Of a stretch of 64,000 nt of DNA, positions 25,216-39,219 are shown piece by piece. Both the position numbers and the translations under genes were made by a program. How positions within the stretch are numbered: position 1 is the stretch's first letter; every line of letters begins with the position of its first letter. A model generated the notes under the pieces. It was not told the DNA's origin. It did no database searches and worked only from the letters and a program-made list of their open reading frames with translations. Origin of the DNA: Harriotta raleighana (Eukaryota); the NCBI GenBank assembly GCA_050575255.1, contig JBNZDD010013730.1, positions 8,338,012-8,402,011 on the forward strand. The letters are read 5' to 3'.

Positions 25216-27389
25216 TACATTAAATAAAGTTTTTTAATGTTTTTTGAAAATAAGCAGCAGTTTCCACTGATCTTTCTGAATTGGATACTAATCAATCAGA
25301 CTTAACACTTATTATATACGAGTAGCAGTATCCAGTCTATATTTGCAATGCAGCAAATGGAATTTAGCATCAGTTTCACTTAACAAGCATCACAAGGCCC
25401 AATTAAATTAAAGAAAAATTGTATGAGATTAGTTCTTATCTCCCTTGTTGTGGCATTAGTTTCTATTCATATCCAACACTCACATAATTACATCAATTTT
25501 AGCCCCTAAGTCCTTTCACACCCAACCTTTTCTGATACCAATATCAGATAGATCAATTTGGATTAAGAACAAAATAGCTCATCACTGTTGTCAACTAATT
25601 CTACAAAGTGAAGCCTAAACAGGCAAAAATAAAGGATCATTTTTCCCACAGGGAGATAAAAGTGCACCTCTCTCTTGCAAGAGTTGAAGAAACTATTTAT
25701 TTCTGAGTAAGTAGAATGCTGAAAGTAATTAGATGAACATTATTGATCAACTCAAACGAGATTGTCTTCTTTGTGTCTGATTAAACAGATTTGGGTTAAG
25801 CCAAATTGGGGCCTGATGAGATTTAAACGGATTGCAGCAGTCTATTGTTTTCACGGTAATAACACATTTACTGGGTAGAACTGATCTTAAGCTTTCCAGC
25901 TAGCTGTGAACATATTTCTAGGAGAAGGAAATCAGAAGAGTGCAATTTTACTTCAAGAGTTCTTGTATAAGGGAATCAAAGTATTAATAATAATAATACT
26001 TGCATTTGATATAGTGCTTTATTGCGTCTTCTAGACATCTCAAAGCCCTTCACAGAATATACTGTAAATATACTGTTGCAATAATAACAAATAGGAAGAA
26101 GAGAGCTTTCAAAATCACTTCAAAAACATGTTATATATAATAACAGAATAAATACAGTCATTGTAAAATAAGCCAGAGGGCCTACTGAAGTATTCAAAAA
26201 TGTCTTTTGTGTTATCAAATATTTTAAAACAACTCTGTGATATACACCAAAACTCAGAGCAGAGCAATCAATTGAAAAACAAAACACCAGAACATGGGGC
26301 CTAATTGTAATCCTTTTCCTTGGTTATCAATTTCATTGTTGAGGGCAACAGTAATTCCTTCTTTACCGATGGTTTACCCAACCCACAAAATAGATGCCCA
26401 TATCTTTCAATCTACAGGGTTGTCTTCAATTTCCCTCCCTCAGTACAATGCACACTGTAAATTGTTATCACTCAGTTGTTGATTATTAAAATGATGAAGG
26501 ATTTTTTTTTATTATTGAACAAGACAATGATAGTTAGGGATTTAAAATGGCTTGAGTTTTACCTAACAAAAAAAGTGTGTATATCAGATAGCAACCACAA
26601 TCCAAGTGATAGTTGACCAGCAGTCAGCCACACCAGAGTATTGATCACAAATACAAACATTTTACAACATTGTTTTCTGAACTCCAGTGTGGAATCTTGT
26701 CTCCCTCCCCCGCTCGCCTCCCTCCCCCATCCACCCAGCACACCACCACCAACACAAATACACTTCTATCCTAAAATACATTCAGAAATTATTTTATAAA
26801 AGAATCTATCGTAAATTTAAATTATTATAATAAATATGGACTTGATCCAAGGAGCTAGTGTCCTTTTAACATTGTGCGCTGCTTTTGCACAATATTAGGA
26901 GTTTGATTTTGAAGGGTAATTGCTCTATCCATATTAACCAAAGTTAATGCAACTATCACATGAAAAAGAAAATTCTTTCACTTACATATCACCCAAGGAT
27001 ACAAATTTGACTTCTCCTAATTAATCTATTCTTCAGTGGTAATGAGAAAGAATCATCCTATCTCCTGCTTTGAATAGATGGTTAAAGTTCACGTACAGAC
27101 AAAAGGATATCATTTGGATACAGTGTCCACTCATGCGCGTGCTCACCAATCTAGAGTCCTTCAATGTCCTTGTGATCTTAAAAGTTCATAAATTACAACA
27201 AGTGACAATTATCAACTGGAACAGAATGAAGTTTGTAGTGTATTTCCAGCCCGGCAAAGGTGAATTTCGCTCTTGCTTCCTCCCTCCCTTCTCTCCCCCA
27301 ATTTCTAAATGCAGTTTCCCATGTGCTTCGCAATAGTCCTTTTGATAAATGATTGTGCAAGGTACCAGCTCACTTGTGGTAATGAGAAA

Positions 27390-27602
27390 GAATAATAATA
27401 ATCCATCCAAAATAAACCACAATAATAAAATTGGTCATTTTCAATCCACGACTGTTGGTGGGACACTGCCGTGCGCAATTGGCTGCCGCGTTTCGCCCAC
27501 AAATGCACAGTCAATTCACTTTACAGTATATTCTGTGAAGCGCTTTGAGACATCGATAAGATGTGAAAAGCGCTATATTAAATGCAAGGATTATTAATAT
27601 TA
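27390..27602 (+). mobile_element. SINE 3' fragment (CpG-intact, probably young)
   Basis: Near-consensus gtgcgcaattggctgccgcgtttcgcccacaaat ... aagcgctatattaaatgcaaggatta. Confidence 0.88.
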
Positions 27603-27749
27603 CATGTCTCTCTGCAATTGTTAGTTTCGATTTAGTCATCAGGAGATAAACATGAGACAAATCACCTACAGGAACTATCCAGCTTCTGTTTTGTGCCTTC
27701 TCTCAATGACAGGACCACACATCCAATGAGCATCATTGCAGTTCTTCTG

Positions 27750-28015
27750 GCTTGTATTTTTTAGATATGGCTGTCTCCTTCATCTATTTATATAATTTTC
27801 CATTATCCAAAGATCTAGTATAACTAATGTATGGTTAGAGGTTATGACAGATCCAATTGAAGTATCTCTATCAATGTGCAACATTGAACCAGAAATCAAA
27901 AAGTAATCTAAGATAGAAAATGAATCACAAACAGAGCTTTGGAAAGAATATGTTGGTGATGATGCTTTATGTCTAACAGAACAAAGCTTATCTTCAGGTT
28001 TATCAGCTCTGACCA
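27750..28015 (-). mobile_element. L1-clade LINE endonuclease (APE) relic
   Basis: TYSFQSSVCDSFSILDYFLISGSMLHIDRDTSIGSVITSNHTLVILDL resembles L1 YTF.S..H.S.SRIDYFLIS......SI....SDH.PV.L.L. It is followed by NR*R, corresponding to the RWR motif. Confidence 0.78.
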
Positions 28016-31000
28016 TAATCAACAATAACAACAACAACATTACATTTGTATAGTGCCTTTCATGTGGGGAGGATGTCCCAAGGCACTGAAATAATTACAA
28101 TAATAGTAGAATGTTTTTCACCTAATAATATAAAATATTATGTATCTCATGTCACTTTCAAAGTATTCCACCTCTATATCTAGAATCATTTCAATGGGCT
28201 GACACATATCAAAATACTGTATGTGCAACAAAATGGGCTACTGGGACTGTTAGCAACTATAATAAGGAAATTCCATTGCAAGATAACATCATCAAAGTCG
28301 TTGATTTAATTTCAAATTTTTGGCCAAATGAGTAAAGCTCTTGACTTTCACTTGTGCTCTCTGTCCAGTTCAGTTTAGTTCACCCACAAGCAGAGAATTG
28401 TTTCACAGTCTGTGGCAAGTCTCCTTCTACACAAGAATTAACCTGGTCTAATTACCAAGTCTACCGTGCGCCAAACACCATACACTCAACCTGAGAGTCA
28501 GCCATGACACAAGTCCCTTTTTTTTAAATTAAAAAGTAGTGCAGTTCAGCCAGTTAAGCTAATCCATAATTTGCTTCCAGAGTAAAATGTGATTCGCTTG
28601 CACTTCAAAGTCAAACTAAAATATGTGTATTTTAAATAGTTCACAAAAATCACTGCATTAGTGAACACTAGTTCAATAAGATAATAATTATTCAAATACC
28701 ATTTGTATTATTTATATCAGTTAATGTTAAAAAGCCCATTTTTCCTGTTACTCAGGCAAATATGCAGAGGTTTTTTTTCCATATTGAAGTTTGTTCAAAG
28801 GTCATTTGTGTCACAATAAATACAGAGCAGCAAAGTGATGGTTTGTGCAACTCCTTTCAACAATGCTTTCTGATCATATAAGATAATAGACAGCATCAAA
28901 TGACTCGTAATTCTACATTTGTTTTAAGTAAAGTGTGACCACATGGTATGACAATTTCAAGAGAGTTTTGCAAACAATAAAAAATGCAGTTGAAAAAGTA
29001 CAAATTTTGTCATTTGACAAATCGAAATCCAGCTAAGCCTAAAATAAGAAGGTTTGACTTTGCTGTAGGCAAGTTGACCCAAAACAATTTAGATTTGTTA
29101 AATGCTTGAGCACAAAGCCACTCTGGTGTATTTAAAAGCCTGCAGTTTAGTTTGGATCTGCACTCGGTTGCCTAAAGGTGCTATATTCCAGCAAAACTGA
29201 ATAAGACACACTAAATTAAAATCATTGATTTCTGCTACAAAAAAACGACAGATGTACATAGAAGTTTGGATTCAAGTATCACATTCACTGCTTCAGTGAC
29301 TTGTGTTTAAAACAGATGCTTCAATTGAGAGAAAATGTATATAAATGAAATAATTGCCAAGTGTCCAGCACATCAGTGAAACCTTGTTGCTCAGGATGAC
29401 TTTAACTATGTGCTGAAATCATTTTTTAAAAATCATATGAACACTCAACATATGGGTGCAATTAAAATACAGGTGACATATACAGTGTTGAAAACTATTT
29501 GCAATGTAAGTGGGAACCATAATGACTGACCAACAATTCATTACCTCAGTGGAAATGATTTTAGTTTTCTGGATTATAAATGGTGCACAGTCCAGTCTAA
29601 TCTGAGACAATGCCGCAATTGAAAGATCAAAGAACTTCATTATCACAATGCAATTACTTGGCAACATTGTGAAGCGGAGACGAATAATAAAACATTGCCT
29701 GGGGGTTGGGGTAATTCTACTTTAGAATAAATAGTTAATCAAAAAACAAATGTGTGTTCTTAAAAAGCCATTTGTCTGATTTTAAGACCCTTATGGCTAT
29801 TTTTGTTTATTAGATTTGTGCAAATAAATGACATGTTTCTCCCTCAAGTAGACTGAGTTCTTGAAATCAATCCTTCTTAATGGAAAATCACTATTTTGCC
29901 ATTTTGTTTCCTTCTTGGAATGGGACACAGTCTGTGTTCATTAAATACAATGGTAAATTGCCTAATAAATCATTAATAAATAAATAAAATTATTTTCTCC
30001 CCTATGCAGAAATCATTGTCCATAGTAAATGTTGAGCGAATACATTCAGGCAAACTTTAGTATTAGTACTTGGAAAGAAGCATTGTCAAAGTTGCACCCT
30101 AGAGCATCTCCTGAATCTTGTCATTTCAGAAAGAAATAATAGCAGGAACTGTACAGGATTGTATTGGCAGGCAATTCTAATTTTAATGTCTTATTGGTTT
30201 GGACTGTCAATGCAAAACTATTTTTCAAGCCTGACATTCTGTTTCCCTGGAACATTTTTTAAAGTCTAGAATAATACTCTCATCCTTATGTTTCTATTTC
30301 TAATATAACGAGAATGTGTTATTCGAATATTTAATCATATTGCACCAAAAATTCACAACAGCATGGGATAAGTACATTTTTCACCTTGTGAAATAAAAAA
30401 ATGCAGGTAAAAACCCTATCTCCTCCAAAATCTAAAATGGATTCACCCTTACAGTTTATGTACACTGACAGCACATTATGATGTACTCTACATGCAATGG
30501 GCACATCCTCGTAAATATATGTTTCCCTCTGTTCAAGATCAACACACAATACTAAACAAATAGACTTTGCTTCATTTCATGCTTCAATTACATGTAGGCA
30601 ATGCAGCAACCTCTCGCATCATACTGGATGGTTCTCCAGTACTTACTATATTGGTAAAATGTACGGAATCAGGAAATGAAACCTTCTGGGCAGAATAAAC
30701 TTTCTTCAGCACTTTGCCTTGTGTTATGTTAAATAAGAAAGATAATGTATCAATCTTTTCAAGTCAGCTCTTCAGTGCACACTGGATATGGGATGTAAAA
30801 GATGCATACATATTCAATTTGATTTGAACATGGATCATTTGACCTTAATGCAGCGTTTTATTTGATCTAGGTGTCATCCAAATATACTATTTTGGAGGAA
30901 AAGGACATGTAAACTGGTGAATATCTAGTAGGTGGATGGGAAGCAGCAAGAGAAGTATTTCCCAAAGTGATCCTGTTGTTTGCTGAGGACATAACAGATG

Positions 31001-33409
31001 CAGCAAATTTCTGGCAGGGATATGAGGAGATAAGACTTCCCAGGAGATAAACACAGAGTCAGCAAGCTGAGCTTCAGAGATCATGGGTACCTGGACTGGA
31101 TGCAATCTGTTCCACTCTTTGGGAAAGGGTTCTACAGACAAGAGAAGTAACGTGCAAGTTTCCCAGATAAATGTTAGCGTGGTTGTTGCATCATACATTA
31201 ATGTGAAAAATTGGATTAAATTTTAGCAATGCTCATACTGCTGTTTCAGTTATAATCTTGGAGATGATTGACAATCCAGAACTCTTTTCAAAGGATCAAT
31301 CAAAATCAAAATTACTCCTATATAGCGCCTTTCACATCATCAAGGCTACGCTGTAGTATTTCATTATGGGATTCCTTAATAACTCAGAGTCACAAATGGG
31401 ACTCCTGACGATACCCTAAAATACTTCATCCTAACTCATGACAAATCCAATCTGACATAATCTGCTGGAGTGGAGTTCCCCTGGGTCAGAGTGACATATC
31501 TGGTTAATGTTAGCAGTCTTCATTTGTGACTCAGTCATTGTTAAGGAACATTATTAGAAGGCATTGAATAGAAACACACCCACACGGCCCATTTTTTTTT
31601 ACCTTAATTTCTTTTTAACCGATACAGTCAGATTATTCCATCATTCATCTTTGAAAGACATTAATGTTTTGAAAGCCATTAATGCTGGTGATAGAAATAA
31701 GAAGGTTTTTTTTAGATTTCCCAATCTTCCACCAGTTTTCCTAACTATCTCCATAATAGGTTTTCTCTTTCTGTATCCATCATTGTTTTCCCCACTATAT
31801 ACAGGATTATTAAAGTGAAGGATTGAAATTTGTCCCTGAAGAATAATATATGTTCTTTTAGAACAGTAAATTGACAATGCCACAGTCAAATTGTCTTGAT
31901 GTAATTATCTACTTGCTCTTCTACTATTATTAATTTTGCATCAACAGATAATTTTATCCAGAAACACTGACCGGCTAACACATTAGCCTTAAACTGTTTG
32001 ATCATTCAGAAAAAACCTGATATGAAACAGTCACGTGTTAGAAACATTCTTGGTCTTCCTTCACTGTGCATTTGGTCTGACGTATTAAATTGAGAAGTTA
32101 AGGTAGCATTCAGATTAACCTTGCAAATGCCAATAACATTTGTTTTTTACCATTCTGATGAGAAATGATGTACACTTGACTTTGTAATGATTCCAACAAT
32201 AAGTCTTTTTTCCAATATGCCTTAACCTTCAGCCATCAGTAATCTGTCTGTAAGGCCTATTCTTTCTCTTGACTTTGCCCCCTCCGCTCTTGTGTGTTCA
32301 CTATTTTCTACTCTGATGAAAGCACCAAGAATGTTTTGTTGTGATATACTACCCAGGAAAAGCTAAAATGACAGGTGAGGGATAACCAATGGATCAAGGA
32401 ATAGGCAATGGAATAAAAATAAGCAAGCTTCACGGTGAACTATTAATTAATAGAAGATTAAACCGAGGGGAGTAAACATAGCGTGAAGCAAATGAAACAG
32501 AATTCAAGTAAAATAAGCAAACAAAATGGAGATATATACACGTAATTCCAATTTACGAACCAAGGATACTAAAAAAAATCTATATTTTATAAATTAAGTA
32601 ACACCCATAAAATATCTGAAATTGCTTTACTCAATTGTTTATGTTGAAAAGGTTTCCACAGTGTAAAAATACTGAATGGATTCTTAATAACTGATATTGA
32701 TCTTTAAGATTAAATGTTTGCTTGATTTGCTGTTCATAGAATGCCGTTGTCAATAAGATGTCAGCACACTCTTGCTGAAGATAAACTTACTCTTCGTACC
32801 TTACAGCAAAGAAGTTATAATGTGAAATATGATAATACAAAATGCTGGAACCAATGTTAAATATTACATATCAACTCAGGCAGCACAAGGCCCAACATAG
32901 TTAATTTCTGGTAATTACGACTGTAACAGAAAACAAATTCAGTTTTCTATCTAAAATAATAAACAACAACAGTTCTTTTTACCATTCTCCCTCTTCTCTG
33001 CTGAAGATGCAGACACCTGCCTGAGGGGCAGTGGTGGGGGTGGGGGGAGCTTGATATTTCAAGGTTAAAAACAATAACTTCATATTGTTGTCTAATTGTA
33101 ATGAAATAAAAATGACAGCAAATTGATTATTTCGCTACCTGCTACATCTTTGTTTCATTATTTTAAAATGAAAGATTCAGGGCAAACCTCACATGTCATC
33201 TTGAATTACATTCAAATTATATCATCTTCTTAATATTGAACCTCCTCAGGGTTGAATCACCTGGGTGTACCTTGTGTGTTCATTATTATTTGTTCCTTAC
33301 ATTGTAAATTCAAGTCAAATATGAGCATGTTGAAAAGTAATACTAGTAATGCTTGCCTACAAGGATTAAGACGATGTAAGTGAAGGCAAAGAAGTCCCAT
33401 CATTTCTTT

Positions 33410-33535
33410 AACAAAACACAAAATACTGCAGATGCTGGGACTCTGAAAAAAACACAGAAGTTGCTGGGGAAACTCAGCAAGTCGGGCAGCATCCATGGAG
33501 AAAGGAAAGTGAGTCAACGTTTCGGGTCCACGACT
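33410..33535. mobile_element. Penelope-associated terminal repeat fragment
   Basis: aaaatactgcagatgctgg...gttgctggggaaactcagcaagtcgggcagcatccatggag...caacgtttcgggtc resembles a common chondrichthyan repeat. Family assignment from recollection. Confidence 0.6.
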
Positions 33536-34509
33536 AAAATTTCTTTATGACCATCATTTCTTTATGTTGTTAATTTTGACCCAGATCTGTGTAAATGTAC
33601 CATTCTGATGTGCTACAGCATCGATTCCTCGTGTTATTTGTCATGGTGCTATTGGATTTAATAAGATACAGCTTCTACAGATGTGTACTTTATTTAGTCT
33701 CATGTTGGAAGTGAATTTTTTTTGCAGCAGATCATGTGCAAAATTGCCTCATGTTCAATCACAATAATTGCACCTTTAATCGTTTGCTATTAATTTTCAT
33801 GCACTTTTCAATATTGTGGAAATGAAACCAGGCTGGCAAAGAATTTCACAACATTATAATCAAGTGAGATTCATTACTGCCAGAGCAAAGTGTGAATTGT
33901 ATCTCGTGTGATCTTTATCATCTTGTTAAACTCTGATTAGAAAGGTGACTACTCTTTCTTCTTTTTAACATTGGAAACACACAATCACTGAGTGAAAGCC
34001 AGGTTACACTGCACAGTGCAATCCATAAGCACTAGCAGCAACACTGTGCATTAATTTCAGTCAGAAATCGTGACTTTATCTTCAGGTCATGGATCTTTCC
34101 TGCTGCCTCAAAGTGGTTTGCAAATGTGAGCTATGTGAAAAGCACATCTATGCCCAGTATAAAAGACCAAAGAAAGACAGCAGGCACTGCTTATCTTGTT
34201 ACAAGGTTGGAAGAGGGAATGGAAACCCATGTATGGCTGCAGTAGTCTGATATTGCTACTATTCCCTCATAAAGTTGATGAAAAAATCATTGCATATGCT
34301 GTAGCACTTTTCACAATAGGAAGACATCTCAAAGCATTTCACAGGATTCACTGTAAAGAATAGTGAATGTGTCATTTGTAAGCAGAGATGTGCTTTTCAC
34401 ATTTCTCACAGCACAAACCAAATTCAGGTACCGATGCCAAAGTAGTGTCTGCAAGTGGATTATAAATGCAGAAACAGAGGATCCAGTCAGATTCAAAAGG
34501 ATGAAAAAA

Positions 34510-34660
34510 GAGATGAAACAATACATGTGTGAAGAGAGGCTGGATAAATTAAGACATTTTCCACTGGAGCAGAGGAGATTGAGTGGGAAAACAATAGACG
34601 TGTTTAAAATTCTTAAAATGGCAAACAAGGCAAATGAAGAAAATAGATATTTTTGATCAA
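34510..34660 (+). mobile_element. CR1 LINE fragment
   Basis: CEERLDKLRHFPLEQRRLSGKTIDVFKILK resembles CR1 YEERL..L.LFSLE.RRLRGDLIEV.KI. Confidence 0.85.
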
Positions 34661-36499
34661 TTAGCTTTGGCTACCATAGAACTCAAGTTTGTGTGTTGTT
34701 CTCATCTTTTCTGTTCCAAGGTCTTTCTCATTTCTACTTCAACAAAGCCTGACACCTTGTGGTCAAACTAATGAAGTTCAATTGCTCTTTATCTTTTTTC
34801 CTGTTTGCTTTAACTCTCATTTTAAGGCCTTCAGCTGTAGTCTGACAGATTTACTACTGAAATTAGTTAAATGCGGTTGCAACACATATTCTAATAGAGG
34901 CATCGGACTAGGGATATATCCAGGATTTAATGGTTGAAAAGAATCCTAAAGAGTGTCCATCAGAACACAAGTATCTCAAGAATAATGAGGGATGTTGACA
35001 AGTCTGGCTGATCAATCAAGCAAAACAGCTAATATTTCTAGTAAAGTGTAAAATCACAAAACATTTACAGAACACTAACTGGAATAAAGTGAACTGTTTC
35101 TTTTCATTATACCCTAAAAGGCCTTTCCCTTTCTATTGTTAAATTCTACCTTCGCAAACAACCAATGTTAGGTTTCAAGATTGCTGGAACCCAGGAAGTG
35201 ACACATAATAGTAATACACATGGTTACATCTGTACTCCATGTGATATTGTAGTGGTGGCACAAGCCAGTATTTGTTTACTCTGCTGTTCGATCATACAAA
35301 AAGAACGCCAGTTAAGTAAATTTGGAGGAATATGGCTTTGATACGTGCAGCAAAGTAACCTACACAACTACCTCTGAGACGAGTGACACAGAATCCATCT
35401 AGATGGATTAATTGTTTTTAAAATAAACTTTTCATTTTTTTGTTACCAAAGAATAAAGCAATAGTATTTTATTCAGCTCTGGGTGAAAATGTGATTGAAC
35501 CAAAAGAGAAAGAAATACAAATGATCTTTTTTATTGGTGTATATTAACAGTCAATAGCAATTTATTTACCTTCCATCAAATTCATCTTGTATTGACCAGC
35601 AAACGTCACACTGCAGGAATTTTCCGATTATATTAGTATTCAGGTTTTTCTTGTACAAAAAAAATCTAATTTGGTGTCCGTGAACACTTTGAGGACTACA
35701 TGTGAATTAAAGTTCTGTTTCAATTGTCCTTATACAGACATTTATTGTCACTTTATTTTTTATCCTGCCAGCTCCCAGCTTGGAAAGAAAATACAATGAA
35801 AAATTGTGCAATGTAAATGAATCTACTATCTTATCAGAAAATTATTGAATTCATAGAAAGATTGAAAACATTGCAAAATTGGCATTTCTTAAATTACAAG
35901 AAAATAAATTGCAACAATAAATTAGTCCTAGGCTAAAGTTTAGTTCAGCACATTATCATACATATTAGATTGGTTTCCCTACTCTACTATAGCTGGAACG
36001 TATCATACATCCAAGATAAATACTGTTGGCATTTAGATAACCACTAATTCTCTTACCTGTATGATACCTAAAATGTATTTCTAACATTTGTAAATGAACT
36101 TTTTATGAGCACCAATTGTAATGAAGACCATATGAATCCATAATTCATCCAATGACCCTCAGATGCATCTCATGGCTTCCTAGTCCCCGTACTTTCAAAG
36201 AGCAAGTATTATTCATCATCTTGTACATCTTCACTGTACTGTTTCTGAAAAGCTGATTTGCTTAATTTGCACAACGACAACTTGCATTTATATAGTGATC
36301 TTCATGCGGGGTAGTGTCCCAGAGCGCTTGAATGGAATATCAATGAACCACACAAGAAGATACAAGAAGAAACTGTTAAGACAATGAAAAACATTTCCAA
36401 GGTATAATCAATGAGACAAGTCATCATTAGAGTACAACAAGCAATGGTAATACGAATGACATGCAGGACAGACTGGTTGATACTTCTGTTGAATGAAAT

Positions 36500-38111
36500 A
36501 TAAAAGTATTAGTTGTTGTTTATTGTGTACCACTGAAATATTTACAAGGCAATGCAATACAAGTGCAAGCATTCAGTACGGTCATTCAGTTCCAACAGAC
36601 CAGCTTTCAAATGAATCAGAACCTGCTATCATCATTACATGGAATCCTATCAGATGGTTGTGAATCTTTGGTATGGAGGTTGTAATAGGTGTGACAATGT
36701 AAGACCAAAATCATTAATAATTGTCTCTGACTTGTGTGTACTTATCCACAAAGGATTGAATATATCCTTTGTGTAGGTACATGTCAATGTTTTGCTTTTT
36801 AATTATAATTGAGTTATGTGTTTCAGGATCTCTGTAGCATCACACAGTAAATCAAATGAAAATAACTGTTATTTGTGAAAAAAACTTTCTTTTAAAAAAT
36901 TGCTCTCTGTCTCATATTGAATATTTAAGTTTAGTCTGACAGAGAAATATATTTTGTGGACTTTGTATAGTAATTGGAAATGAAAAAAAAGTACATTTCA
37001 TCTTGTGTTTAATCTAGTGTATTTACATCTGTTGCAACAACTAAGTGAGTATATTAACAAAGGAGAAAACTTGAAGTGATCAATTATTTTGTTGCTATTC
37101 ACATTGTAGAATGCTCAGGCTTTTGTGTGTATTAACAATTATTAAATTTATTTTTGAATAATAACTAAACTTGAAAAAAATACAAAATGTGATCTACAAA
37201 GTACTTCTGTGTAACACAGTGAGACTTATTTTGTGAGTGCAGGAAACGTATATTTTGTGACCATTTTGAGAAATCCCCTTTTGCATTGTAAAATAACACA
37301 TTACAGCTATATTTGTACAAAGAGCAATAAAAGGGGAGATATTACAGCTGGATCTAGATTTACTTTATTTCCTTATGATTTCAGAGGAGCCTCCAGAAAT
37401 TGGAAAATTCTTACATTTTAAAGTCGGGTTTCCATAGGTTCCATTAAAAACTACAGAAAACTGGCTTCAAAGTTAACACTGAACTCAGCAACTTGCTAAA
37501 TGTTCTGAAATTCTAAGAAAATAAGAGAAAATTGAATTTCTATCATAAATGTTTTGAAAAAGATACGCCCGTGTAATGTGGCTCTATTTGCAGAATATCA
37601 GCCACATTCTTGATCACAAAATTGAGGTAATCTTCCTGAATTAAAAACTATAGACAACAATCATACATCTGAACAGAATAGGAATCAAATCTATTTTACA
37701 TTTGGACAAGAGGCGCTTATTTTCCAGCATTGGTCAACAAGCCAACAGAACATTTACTGACAGCCAATTTGTTTTGAAACATTCGCCAAAAGCTTGTAGT
37801 CGTTGAGCACTATGATAGCAGAGAAGGCAAGATGCTCTTTGTATTTTGTTCCTTTGGGAAAGCAAAGTACTGGCTTAAAGTTGGTCTCTGAAGGCAGCAA
37901 ACTGGCTGGTTGCTTCTTGCAAAGCTCCAGGCAAGACATTAATTTGCCAATTCAATCTTGTGAAGAAATCCCACAGTCAGACTTGTGGCTTGGATAATTA
38001 GGAATGCCAATTTTTGTTTTTAAAACAGTCTTCAAAAACTATTATCCCACTGATGCTTTTACAATATCGATAGTTTAACAATCCCTGAAATTCTTCTTCG
38101 GTGGAAAACAG
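36500..38111 (-). other. VAV3: VAV3 3'UTR, candidate poly(A) signals at 37147-37152 and 36519-36524 (AATAAA on - strand)
   Basis: Apparently repeat-free AT-rich tract after the stop, with TTTATT on +. The true end is uncertain. Confidence 0.55.
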
Positions 38112-38168
38112 TCAGTTTGTTAAACAGTCTTCCTCCTCTTCCACATACGTAGAGGGAAACCAACCATT
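38112..38168 (-). CDS. VAV3: VAV3 terminal coding exon (NGWFPSTYVEEEEDCLTN*)
   Basis: attatttcag| acceptor, GWFPSTYVEE motif, TGA at 38114-38112. Confidence 0.95.
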   Translation of the reverse strand, partial: NGWFPSTYVEEEEDCLTN

Positions 38169-39121
38169 CTGAAATAATATCAAATAGAAAGAATTATGAT
38201 CTCATCTTCCTGAGCACTGTTTTATGAATTAAACTGGTTCCAAAGTTATAATGCTGAATTGAAACATTTTTCCAAACAAACCAAGGTTAAATATTTGTCT
38301 TATCTGATATTTGCACATACATTTCCACTGGAGGTTGTGATTTATCTATCACATATCAATCATCTAGGATTACCAGGACAGAGAGCCAAGCTTACAAATT
38401 ACATTTTTAAACAATTCAAACTGGGAAAAATTTACTGGTTACTTTTAACAAGTGCAGTGAATGTTTACTCAAATTTCCACAGTTGATAAGAAATGGTTTG
38501 AAGTTATGTGAAGTATATAAAGACATCAGACAGTACCTCAAGGTTCCTTTTGCCGGGAGATTGAACAGATTGTAATATTAGATACCAATTTGATACTCCA
38601 TAGAGCACTGTATAACACAACAGTTCTTATTTGTACAAGGCGAAACCACAGAGATTCTATTGCAGGGGAGACTGAACCAGAAAAGCTCATTCTAGTCACT
38701 TTTATCGTTGTCACCAAGTGGATTTGTTGCATTCACAGCAAAATCAGGTTTGCATACTTTGCTGGGAAATTTATGGTCAGACAAATTGAGGATCCCATAT
38801 CAGGAAAGTTCAAAAAAGAGTCCAGTGAACAAACACTGATGGGAAACAATTAGCTGTTGCAATTTGGCATTTGCACATTTTTTCCCACACAGTAATTTTT
38901 TTAAATTTTCATCCAAATACAGTTTGCAAATATCGCAAATTATATGTATTAGTAAAACTAAGTCAAAATAAAATGAAACTGAAGAGACATCGGTTGCTGA
39001 ATATTATTTATAATATTTTCTGAAGCCCATCATTTTTTTCCAGCTACACTAACTTGGTATGATTTTCCAGTATTTGATCTGTGCTTATATCTAATATATT
39101 GCAGGGTTATTGTAGCTGGTT

Positions 39122-39195
39122 GATCTTTCAAAGAACCGGCACATGATGATGGGCTGATCAGCCTCCTTCTGTGCTGTAAAATTCTATGATTCCAT
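39122..39195 (+). mobile_element. CR1/HE1-type 3' tail fragment
   Basis: gccggcac-like motif, gatgggctga...gcctccttctgtgctgtaaaattctatgattc. Confidence 0.75.
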
Positions 39196-39219
39196 TATTT
39201 CCATCACAATCTGACTTAC

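Noticed and set aside
27349-27597. Recurrent ORFs ending RCEKRYIKCKDYY (also 15457, 24022, 53680)
   Set aside because: These are translations of the SINE 3' end, not a gene family.
30930-31050. EAAREVFPKVILL, reminiscent of a MULE transposase
   Set aside because: The diagnostic C..H motif is missing, the frame is short and no TIRs were seen.
33495-33535. Hammerhead ribozyme in the Penelope-type repeat (GAAAC on the - strand), also CTGATGA at 32313-32319
   Set aside because: Each site has only half the catalytic core and no complete stem II.
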